Source of the DNA: an uncultured Pelagibacteraceae bacterium
GTDB taxonomy: Bacteria > Pseudomonadota > Alphaproteobacteria > Pelagibacterales > Pelagibacteraceae
Assembly: GCA_902590535.1 (NCBI GenBank)
Contig: CACIXF010000002.1
Span: 4,105 to 68,104 of the forward strand
Direction of reading: 5' to 3'
DNA: 64,000 nucleotides
Both the position numbers and the translations under genes were made by a program. The notes below the pieces were generated by a model. It saw only the letters and a program-made list of their open reading frames with translations. It did no database searches and was not told the origin of the DNA. Below are positions 22,224-29,869 of this stretch, piece by piece (position 1 is the stretch's first letter; each line of letters starts with the position of its first letter).

Positions 22224-22666
22224 TTAATTATTTCTATTTTATCACCGACATTAATTTTGGAAGACGAAAGAATTTGGCATCTAAGTCCACCTTTTCTCAT
22301 AAATTCTTTAAGGATATTTTTTTGATCGAGCATTTCAGTCAAATGTCGACACGGACGACATAATTCTATTCCCTCTAATTCAACATTTCCTACCTTTAAT
22401 TTTTTTCCAATTAAATCATTTAATTGAATGCCTTTTGTAACAATATTCCTTCTAAAATTGATGTAAGGTATATCGAGCCCAAATTTAATATTATATTCAT
22501 CAATATTCTCAGCCTCTATTAAAGATAATTGATTGTAAGGATCATTAAAATCATGAAAGTGTCGATCGCCTACTATTCCTTTATTTGCTAAAACCTCAAT
22601 TGAATTTACTTCGTTGATTGGTTGATTGTTGTTGGCAGCAATTCCTAATTTAAATACTTCGGCCAT
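22220..22666 (-). CDS. MOSC-domain protein (YiiM/YuaD-like, Moco-binding)
   Basis: GIVGDR, FRRNIVT, CRPC, GGLR...I.VGD. Confidence 0.85.
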   Translation of the reverse strand: MAEVFKLGIAANNNQPINEVNSIEVLANKGIVGDRHFHDFNDPYNQLSLIEAENIDEYNIKFGLDIPYINFRRNIVTKGIQLNDLIGKKLKVGNVELEGIELCRPCRHLTEMLDQKNILKEFMRKGGLRCQILSSSKINVGDKIEIIN

Positions 22667-22713
22667 AAATTATTGAAGAAATAGTTGAGCTCATATAATC
22701 TTTTCAAAATAAT

Positions 22714-23538
22714 ATGACTTATCTATCATCAAATCAACTTAAACAGTATCAAGATCAAGGATACATATCCCCTATTGAAGTTTTGTCTAGTAGTGAAGCA
22801 TTAGAGGCAAGAAAGGAAATCGAATTAATTGAAAAAAAAATGCCAAATGAAATAGATAAATCGGGAAGATATAATGTTCATTTAATTTCACCAAAACTTG
22901 ATTCGATTGTTCATAATTCAAATATTTTAGATGCTGTAGAAAGTATTATTGGAAAAAACATCTTAGTTTGCAGTACTACTTTATTTATTAAAAACCCTAA
23001 CGAACAAGATTTTGTAAGTTATCACCAAGATGCAAAATACATAGGATTAGAACCACACAATTGGGTTACAGCATGGGTAGCATTAACAGATTCGAATGAA
23101 AATAACGGATGTATGAAAATGTGGCCTAAATCACATTTGAATATTAAAGATCACAATGAGAAATTTAATGAAGGAAATTTACTTACCAGGGGACAAACAG
23201 TAGAAAATGTACCTGAAAACGAAGTTAAATCTTTAGAACTAAAAGCTGGTCAAATGTCTTTGCATCATCCAAGAGTAGTGCATGGGTCAGGTATTAATAA
23301 GAGTAATGACAGAAGAATAGGATTTGTTATTCAAAGTTATATAGGGACAAACGTAAAACAAACCTTAGGTAAAAATAGTGTTCAAGTTGCAAGAGGAGAG
23401 GATAAATACAATCATCATGAAATTATAAACAGAACTAATGCTTTAATGAGTGAAGAAAGTATTTTACTTCGAAAAAAAGAAAATGATTACTTGCAAGAAA
23501 TTTTTTATAAAGGTGCAAATCAAAAAGGTTCTTACTAG
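22714..23538 (+). CDS. PhyH-family Fe(II)/2-oxoglutarate dioxygenase
   Basis: Y..QGY N-terminus, HQD facial-triad motif, TAWVALTD...NGC, HGS..N.S...R. Confidence 0.85.
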   Translation: MTYLSSNQLKQYQDQGYISPIEVLSSSEALEARKEIELIEKKMPNEIDKSGRYNVHLISPKLDSIVHNSNILDAVESIIGKNILVCSTTLFIKNPNEQDFVSYHQDAKYIGLEPHNWVTAWVALTDSNENNGCMKMWPKSHLNIKDHNEKFNEGNLLTRGQTVENVPENEVKSLELKAGQMSLHHPRVVHGSGINKSNDRRIGFVIQSYIGTNVKQTLGKNSVQVARGEDKYNHHEIINRTNALMSEESILLRKKENDYLQEIFYKGANQKGSY

Positions 23539-23541
23539 TTT

Positions 23542-24552
23542 ATGAAAAAAACACTTAACCTTGGAGTAATCGGAATAGATCATGGTCATATTTTCGATAT
23601 GTTAGATGAAATGCTTAAAGAAGGTTGTAGTTGTAATTCTTTTTGGACAGATGGGGATCCTTTAACTCTTCAAGAATTTAATAAAAAATATCCAAATATA
23701 AAAAGAAAAGAAAATAAAGAGGAAATATTAAATGACTCATCTATTGATATGATTTTAATTTCTTCAATCCCTGTAGATAGAGCTGGTCATTCAATAGATG
23801 CATTAAAAGCTGGGAAAGATGTTATGGTAGATAAACCAGGCTGTACTACCTTAGATCAATTAAATAATTTGAAAAATACTGTTAAAGAAACTGGAAAGAT
23901 CTGGTCTGTAAATTTTTCTGAAAGATTTCACGTTGCTGCAGTTACTAAAGCAGAAGAATTAGTAAATGAAGGCAAAATAGGAAAAGTAAAACAAACTATT
24001 GGTACAGGTCCCCATAGACAGGGTAATTACGAAAGACCTGATTGGTTTTATAATCGTCAAAGTTATGGAGGAATTATTACTGATATTGGTTCTCACCAAA
24101 TTCATCAATTTTTAGTTTTTACAAACTCAAATCAGGCAAAAATCAACCATGCATTAGTAGAAAACACCACAAAGAAAGATATGCCTGGTTTTCAAGATTT
24201 TGGTGAAGTGAACCTTACTGGTAATGGCGGGCATGGTTATATTCGCCTGGATTGGTTTACTCCAGACGCTCTTCCAACCTGGGGAGATGGAAGATTATTA
24301 ATCCTTGGAGACAAAGGTTTTATTGAAATAAGAAAATATACAGACTTAGCAAAATCAGAAAAAGGTAATCATTTATTTTTAGCAAATAATGATGAGGTGA
24401 AGCATATTGATTGTTCTAATGTTAAACTACCCTACTTTAGTAATTTAATTACTGATGTTTTAAACAGAACAGAAACTGCATGTCCTCAAGAAATTACTTA
24501 CCTTTCAATGGAACTTGCTATTAAAGCTCAAGAGCAAGCTGAAAAAAAATGA
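23542..24552 (+). CDS. Gfo/Idh/MocA family oxidoreductase
   Basis: AGKDVMVDKPG, GGIITDIGSHQ, LPTWGDGR. Confidence 0.85.
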   Translation: MKKTLNLGVIGIDHGHIFDMLDEMLKEGCSCNSFWTDGDPLTLQEFNKKYPNIKRKENKEEILNDSSIDMILISSIPVDRAGHSIDALKAGKDVMVDKPGCTTLDQLNNLKNTVKETGKIWSVNFSERFHVAAVTKAEELVNEGKIGKVKQTIGTGPHRQGNYERPDWFYNRQSYGGIITDIGSHQIHQFLVFTNSNQAKINHALVENTTKKDMPGFQDFGEVNLTGNGGHGYIRLDWFTPDALPTWGDGRLLILGDKGFIEIRKYTDLAKSEKGNHLFLANNDEVKHIDCSNVKLPYFSNLITDVLNRTETACPQEITYLSMELAIKAQEQAEKK

Positions 24553-25628
24553 AAAAATATCAAGTTGCAATAATTGGTACCAATATAGGGGCAAAACATT
24601 TTGAAGATTTTCAAAAAGTATCTGAGAGGTTTAATGTTCACACATTATGTGGTTTAACTCGGAAAGCTATTGATAAAATATTACAATCAAATAACGAGAC
24701 AAAAGTTTCTCTAAATTTTGACGATGTATTAAAAGTTAAAGAAATTGATATCATTGATATTTGTCTCCCACCCCATTTACATTTCTCTGCTTGTAAAAAA
24801 GCTATGGAAGCTGGTAAGCATGTGATTTGTGAAAAACCATTAGTTTCAAGTCTTAAAGAAGTAGACGAATTAGAAAAGATCAGTAAAGCAACTGGTAAGA
24901 TTATTTTCCCAGTATTTCAATATCGATATGGTCTAGGATTTTCAAAATTAAAATCATTAATCAAATCTGGTTTAGCAGGGAACCCTTTGGTTTCTTCTTT
25001 AGAAACTCATTGGAATAGAGGTAAAGATTATTATTCAAAACCTTGGAGAGGAACTTGGGAAGGTGAACAAGGTGGTGCAATATTAAGTCATTCAATCCAT
25101 ATTCATGATTTAGTGAGTATGATCTTGGGACCAGTTTCAAATGTTTTTGCAAAATTAACAACTAGAGTAAATAATATTGAGGTTGAGGATTGTGCTGCTC
25201 TTTCTATTGAAATGGAAAACGGCACATTGGTTACAAGCTCAATCACACTTGGAGCTGCAAATGATACTAGTAGACTTCGATTTTGTTTTGAAGGGTTAAC
25301 AGCTGAGTCTGGTGCATCACCAGATAAACCATATAGTCCAGCTGATGATAAATGGGACTTTTTACCAAGAGCTCCTATAACTCAAGCTCAAATAGATGAA
25401 GTACTATCAAAAGTAAAAGAACCAAAATCATGGTATGCAGGTATGTTTGAAGAAATTGCTAATAAACTAGATGGATCTCCTAGTGATGAGGTAACTTTAT
25501 CAGATGCTAGAAAATCTCTAGAATTTGTAACCGCTGTGTATGATTCTTCTAGACAAAATAAGAGCATTAAACTTCCGATCAATAAAGATAATCCTTTATA
25601 TAATTCTTGGTTACCTTTAAATAATTAA
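24549..25628 (+). CDS. Gfo/Idh/MocA family oxidoreductase
   Basis: AGKHVICEKPL, WRGTW..EQGG, VEDCA; overlaps the previous gene by ATGA. Confidence 0.87.
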   Translation: MKKYQVAIIGTNIGAKHFEDFQKVSERFNVHTLCGLTRKAIDKILQSNNETKVSLNFDDVLKVKEIDIIDICLPPHLHFSACKKAMEAGKHVICEKPLVSSLKEVDELEKISKATGKIIFPVFQYRYGLGFSKLKSLIKSGLAGNPLVSSLETHWNRGKDYYSKPWRGTWEGEQGGAILSHSIHIHDLVSMILGPVSNVFAKLTTRVNNIEVEDCAALSIEMENGTLVTSSITLGAANDTSRLRFCFEGLTAESGASPDKPYSPADDKWDFLPRAPITQAQIDEVLSKVKEPKSWYAGMFEEIANKLDGSPSDEVTLSDARKSLEFVTAVYDSSRQNKSIKLPINKDNPLYNSWLPLNN

Positions 25629-25630
25629 AC

Positions 25631-26098
25631 ATGGCAGATTCAAATAAAGCACCAGACGATTTTTTTGATAATTGGAATAAAATCCAATCAATGTCGTATA
25701 AAAACGTCATTGAACTACTTGTAAAGAGAAGTAGCGAAAAAAAGATATTAGCTTTAATCCAATTTGAATTAGATCAATTTTCAGAAAATGTTCAAAAGGA
25801 TTTAGCTATTTCTGAAACAAGTTCTTTCTACCAAGAAATATCTAATCTTTTTAGAGATTCAAACTGGTGGTCAACTGCTACAGTAACAGACGCTTGTAAA
25901 TATTATTTAAACTGTGCGAGAAATAATATTTCTTATTTTGAAAACTATGTAGAGGCAGATAGTGGTTTGTCTCAAAATCAAAAAAATGAGATATTTGCCT
26001 TATATCAATTATGTACTTTATTTGTTTCTTGGAATGCTATTAAAGACAAACAGATCAGAGAAATTATAGATATTAGAAAAAGTTTATTTTTTAGATAA
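25631..26098 (+). CDS. Hypothetical protein (155 aa)
   Basis: ATG-started ORF 2 nt after the preceding stop; no recognised motif. Confidence 0.6.
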   Translation: MADSNKAPDDFFDNWNKIQSMSYKNVIELLVKRSSEKKILALIQFELDQFSENVQKDLAISETSSFYQEISNLFRDSNWWSTATVTDACKYYLNCARNNISYFENYVEADSGLSQNQKNEIFALYQLCTLFVSWNAIKDKQIREIIDIRKSLFFR

Positions 26099-26107
26099 AA
26101 CTAAACT

Positions 26108-26170
26108 GTATGAACAAAGAAAACGCAAGTAAACTCTGGAAAATTATTCAGGAAGCTGGCGATTATTTGG
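26108..26170 (+). repeat. 63-bp direct repeat, left copy (attL-like)
   Basis: gtatgaacaaagaaaacgcaagtaaactctggaaaattattcaggaagctggcgattatttgg is identical to 28596-28658. Confidence 0.95.
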
Positions 26171-26178
26171 GGGATTAG
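26110..26178 (+). pseudogene. Truncated 5' copy of the 75-aa gene at 28598 (MNKENASKLWKIIQEAGDYLGD*)
   Basis: The first 20 codons are identical to ORF 28598..28825; the sequence then diverges and reaches TAG at 26176-26178. Confidence 0.85.
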
Positions 26179-26180
26179 AG

Positions 26181-26208
26181 GGACAACATAATCCACATTA
26201 AGCTACAC
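26181..26208 (-). other. dif-like XerC/XerD site candidate
   Basis: Minus strand GTGTAGCTTAA-TGTGGA-TTATGTTGTCC versus E. coli dif GGTGCGCATAA-TGTATA-TTATGTTAAAT: same 11-6-11 layout, TAA-N6-TTATGTT core, 17/28 identical. Confidence 0.45.
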
Positions 26209-26284
26209 TATTCTACAGTACTTATACGAATTTAAAAAGTTAGCTTAAAATAAATCGCCTAAAGACTCATCAATTTAATTAAAA

Positions 26285-26317
26285 AACTCGATGTCAAACT
26301 CGAAACAAAAGAGATAA
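26285..26317 (+). repeat. Paired AACTCGA motif (integrase arm-site-like), left
   Basis: aactcgatgtcaaactcgaaacaaaagagataa; 26298-26317 matches 28560-28579 at 19/20. Confidence 0.7.
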
Positions 26318-26377
26318 TTCAAACAACATATTAATAAGAATTAGACACCCATATTGGAGTAATGTTACAATTTTTAT

Positions 26378-28504
26378 ATGAAAAATATTATAGCCATATG
26401 CTTAACAACATTAATTCTTTTAAGCCAGGCTAATGGAAATATTGTAGATCAATTAACTGAACTAAATAACTTGTATAAATCTGGTGCAATCAATGAAGAT
26501 GAATTTAGTAAAGCAAAAAATATTTTATTAAAATCAGAAGATGATGAAAAATCAGATATTGAAGAAAAAATAACGACACAAAAAAATATAGAAAAAGAGG
26601 AAAAAGAAACTGCACAATTAATCGAAATTAAAACAACCAATAAAAATTTAAAAAGAGAAGATTTAAGTAAAACATTTGTTTCTAAAGAAGAATTAGAAGA
26701 AATTGGTCAATATAAAGAATTAAAAGAATACCCTGAAGGATTATTTAAAAATCCAAATTTTTCTGAAAGTATGCTTGCAAAAAAATCAGCTGAAGAAATG
26801 TATAAAACATTTGTTCAACACAAAAATTTAAATGAAAAATATCCTGAAAACATGATGAGAGCTATGGCTTACTTTGAAGTATTTTATAATCACAAACTTA
26901 AGGAAGAAAAAAAAGCAATTGAGGATTATCAAAATAACTACCCTAACGTCAAAAAGAGCAGCAAAAAAGCTATACAATCACTTTATTCATTATCTCAAGC
27001 TAAAGAGTCTATGAGAAAATCAATAGGACTTACATCCAATGATAATTTAGAGGATGCATTAACAGGCTATATGCACATGTATGATTTTATGTCCCAAGGT
27101 ACCAAAAGCCAGAACAAACTTACAAGTGAAGAAAAAAAAATAAAAAAAGAATCTACAAAATTTAAATCATCTTATGGGACTTTTAAAAAAAATTTAGAAT
27201 TAAAATTAGAACAAAGGATCAGCCAAAAAGAATTTGAAAAAGAGTTTAAGAAAACTTCTAAAAAAGTTGAAAAGTCTTTAAAGAAAATTATCAAAATTAA
27301 TCCTGATAAATATAGTGTTTATGAAAATATTAGTGAAATTTTTACAAAATCTCTAAATATAATAGATAATTGCAATAAAAGTTGTGAAGACAAAGACTTC
27401 ATAACTGCAATAGATTCTGTTGATTTTTCAAATGCAATTTTAAAAGATGTTGAGAAAAATATTATTAAAAAAAAATTTGAGAATGATTTAAGTAAAATTA
27501 ATATTGAAAATGTTTCAGATAACACAAAAAAAACATTAACATTAGCCTCATTAAGTTCGAAAAAACAAAATAATCAAAATATTCTTAATTTACAAAAGCA
27601 AGCTCTTAATTTAGCAAATAATGATTTTGCTGTAGATGAAATTCTAGAAAATATTGAGAAAGATGGTTATGAATTTACTCCACTAAAAATAGCCTATCAA
27701 AATTTAGAAGAAATGGAAAATTGGGAGGTAAAAGATTGGGCTAACTCTTGGAAGGGAGACATGCCCGTTGAAAATTTTAAAGACAATTCTGGAAATTTAA
27801 TTGAACTAACTAGTGAGAATATTAATGATTTAAAAGCTCAGTTAGCAAGAAATGAATTTCAAAATTTAATCAATTTTAATGAGACAGCTTTAAGTAATGA
27901 TTTAAATCAAAATCTAATTGATATTGCAAAATCTGTTCAAGAAAATCCGTCGTTCAATTTAGAAAATTGGCTCAATCAAGATTTTTCAATTACTTTGGAT
28001 AATTATACAAAAATTGCTTCTGAAAGTATTATATCTGAATTTGGAGACTCTTTAGATCAGGCAACTATTAATGATATCAGAGCAAATGCAAATTTTGAGA
28101 ATTTAACTAAATTAGTTAATGCTGAATATGGTAGCAATTTAACTCCAGAAGAATATGCAAAACATTGGGAGAGTGCAAAATTTACATATAATCAACCAGG
28201 TCAATGTGGAGACCTACAAGGTTCATGTCCATCTTCTTCATGGGGCGATGTAACAAGAGGAGTAGATTTATTAAATCAGGTTGGATCATTTGAAGCGGCA
28301 TCAATAGCTAAAGATCTTGGTACAAATTTGCAAACAGTAGCTGACTCGATTGCTTTAGCTGCGACCGTAGGTGTTTCAACTGATCTTGAAGCTGCTGCAA
28401 GTGGATTAGGATACAGCAGCTTTGCTGATGCGGTTTCTGCTTATAACGAACAATACGGTACCAATTATTCAGTAGATGAAGCTAAAGAAGCTCTTGGGCA
28501 ATAG
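26378..28504 (+). CDS. Secreted SHOCT-domain hypothetical protein (708 aa)
   Basis: Signal peptide MKNIIAICLTTLILLSQANG; SHOCT-like LTELNNLYKSGAINEDEFSKAKNILL; charged helical middle; Ala/Gly/Ser-rich C-terminus. Confidence 0.75.
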   Translation: MKNIIAICLTTLILLSQANGNIVDQLTELNNLYKSGAINEDEFSKAKNILLKSEDDEKSDIEEKITTQKNIEKEEKETAQLIEIKTTNKNLKREDLSKTFVSKEELEEIGQYKELKEYPEGLFKNPNFSESMLAKKSAEEMYKTFVQHKNLNEKYPENMMRAMAYFEVFYNHKLKEEKKAIEDYQNNYPNVKKSSKKAIQSLYSLSQAKESMRKSIGLTSNDNLEDALTGYMHMYDFMSQGTKSQNKLTSEEKKIKKESTKFKSSYGTFKKNLELKLEQRISQKEFEKEFKKTSKKVEKSLKKIIKINPDKYSVYENISEIFTKSLNIIDNCNKSCEDKDFITAIDSVDFSNAILKDVEKNIIKKKFENDLSKINIENVSDNTKKTLTLASLSSKKQNNQNILNLQKQALNLANNDFAVDEILENIEKDGYEFTPLKIAYQNLEEMENWEVKDWANSWKGDMPVENFKDNSGNLIELTSENINDLKAQLARNEFQNLINFNETALSNDLNQNLIDIAKSVQENPSFNLENWLNQDFSITLDNYTKIASESIISEFGDSLDQATINDIRANANFENLTKLVNAEYGSNLTPEEYAKHWESAKFTYNQPGQCGDLQGSCPSSSWGDVTRGVDLLNQVGSFEAASIAKDLGTNLQTVADSIALAATVGVSTDLEAAASGLGYSSFADAVSAYNEQYGTNYSVDEAKEALGQ

Positions 28505-28547
28505 AATTAAAATTTAATAAAATTTATAATAAAGGATTATATATAAG

Positions 28548-28579
28548 AACTCGAAACATACTCGAAACAAAAGTGATAA
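28548..28579 (+). repeat. Paired ACTCGAAAC motif (integrase arm-site-like), right
   Basis: aactcgaaacatactcgaaacaaaagtgataa: two ACTCGAAACA copies 11 nt apart, ending 16 nt before the right 63-bp repeat. Confidence 0.7.
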
Positions 28580-28595
28580 AACATAAATTTAGATA

Positions 28596-28658
28596 GTATG
28601 AACAAAGAAAACGCAAGTAAACTCTGGAAAATTATTCAGGAAGCTGGCGATTATTTGG
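28596..28658 (+). repeat. 63-bp direct repeat, right copy (attR-like), forming the 5' end of the intact small gene
   Basis: Identical to 26108-26170. Confidence 0.95.
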
Positions 28659-28825
28659 TGGGGCAATTACCTGATCACCCAAATCACCCTAAAGGAAGAA
28701 ACCCCTATGCTCATGTTGCTATTTGTGTGAAGAGTAAGTTTAATGCAAGTTATAAAGACATTCCTGACGAACAATATGATGAAGTGATAAAATATATTGA
28801 GTTTTTAAAAGAAAATCCTAGTTAG
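28598..28825 (+). CDS. Small hypothetical protein (75 aa); C-terminus resembles an ORF6C-like motif
   Basis: Intact ORF with PDHPNHPKGRNPYAH and KF..SYKDIPDEQYDEVIKYI. Confidence 0.7.
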   Translation: MNKENASKLWKIIQEAGDYLVGQLPDHPNHPKGRNPYAHVAICVKSKFNASYKDIPDEQYDEVIKYIEFLKENPS

Positions 28826-29867
28826 CTTTAATTGTATTTAACAATTCATCAACATCGCTATCTTTAGTATTCCAAGCAGCAACTAATCTTACCGCTTTAC
28901 CATCTAATTCTTCTTCATTCATTTTATAACCTTCAGAATTTAGATGTTCTATTTTTTCTCTTGGAAATTTTGCAAATACTTCGTTTGCTTCTGTAGGATA
29001 AGCAATTTCAATATCGTTGTGCTTGCTTAAACCATCGCTTAATTTTTTACCCATTGCATTAGCGTGCTTTGCGTTTCTCAACCAAACATCATTTGAAATG
29101 TATGCATCGAGTTGCGCAGAAACAAAACGCATTTTTGATAATAAGTGCCCTGCTCTTTTCATTAAAAAAGCAATGTCTCCAACTAATTCTTTCTTAAAAA
29201 ATATAATTGCTTCAGCTGCCAGACATCCATTTTTAGTTGCTCCAAATGACAAGACATCAACCCCAGATTTCCAAGTCATTTCAGCTGGAGTTACATCTAA
29301 AGATACCATAGCATTAGCAAATCTAGCGCCATCCATATGTAAATTTAGATTATGTTTATGAGTGATTTCTGCAATTTTTTTAATTTCATCTAATTGATAA
29401 ACTTCACCTGTTTCACACACTTGAGTGATACTGACTGATGAAGGTTGTGTATGATGAACAATCCCTTTTTCCCCAATAGATTGATCTAACTCCTCTGCAG
29501 TTATTTTTCCCATTATTCCATTTAAAGGAACCAACTTTCCTCCTCCTGTATAAAATTCAGGTGCACCACATTCATCGGTGTTTATATGAGACATCTTATG
29601 ACAATAAATATTTCCATATGAAGGTGTCATTGTAGATAATGCTAAAGCATTAGCTGCAGTACCTGAGGCAGTAGGAAAAACAATTACTTCTTTTTCAAAG
29701 ATTTTTGAAAACTTATCTTGCAATTCTGTTGATAAAGGGTCGTTTCCATATGGTGTACTATCTCCTTCATTGGCTTTTAAAATTGCATCTAATACCTCTG
29801 GACAAGCACCAGCAACATTATCAGAAGCGAATTTAACTCGCTCTCTTTTTATTTTAATTTTTGCCAT
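28818..29867 (-). CDS. ltaE: Low-specificity L-threonine aldolase (PLP)
   Basis: FASDN, SGTAANAL, DECGAPE, LHMDGARFANA, SFGATKNG, SKMRF. Confidence 0.9.
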   Translation of the reverse strand: MAKIKIKRERVKFASDNVAGACPEVLDAILKANEGDSTPYGNDPLSTELQDKFSKIFEKEVIVFPTASGTAANALALSTMTPSYGNIYCHKMSHINTDECGAPEFYTGGGKLVPLNGIMGKITAEELDQSIGEKGIVHHTQPSSVSITQVCETGEVYQLDEIKKIAEITHKHNLNLHMDGARFANAMVSLDVTPAEMTWKSGVDVLSFGATKNGCLAAEAIIFFKKELVGDIAFLMKRAGHLLSKMRFVSAQLDAYISNDVWLRNAKHANAMGKKLSDGLSKHNDIEIAYPTEANEVFAKFPREKIEHLNSEGYKMNEEELDGKAVRLVAAWNTKDSDVDELLNTIKAN

Positions 29868-29869
29868 AA

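Larger units (their letters stand above)
26108..28658. mobile_element. Direct-repeat-flanked single-gene cassette / mini genomic island with no integrase
   Basis: Perfect 63-bp terminal direct repeats, matching 20-bp motifs inside both ends, a dif-like site, one cargo gene, and unusually long non-coding stretches for this genome. Confidence 0.65.

Noticed and set aside
22714-23538. Fe/2OG halogenase (SyrB2-like)
   Set aside because: The iron motif is HQD with the carboxylate retained; halogenases have Ala or Gly there. No NRPS context.
28507-28534. Second dif-like TAA-N6-TTA pattern (ttaaaatttaa-taaaat-ttataataaag)
   Set aside because: It is almost pure A/T, so it is expected by chance, and the XerC-like arm does not match.
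26108-28658. CRISPR array, tRNA-derived att site or IS element
   Set aside because: There are only two copies 2.5 kb apart; the repeat is protein-coding with no tRNA features on either strand; no terminal inverted repeats or transposase.
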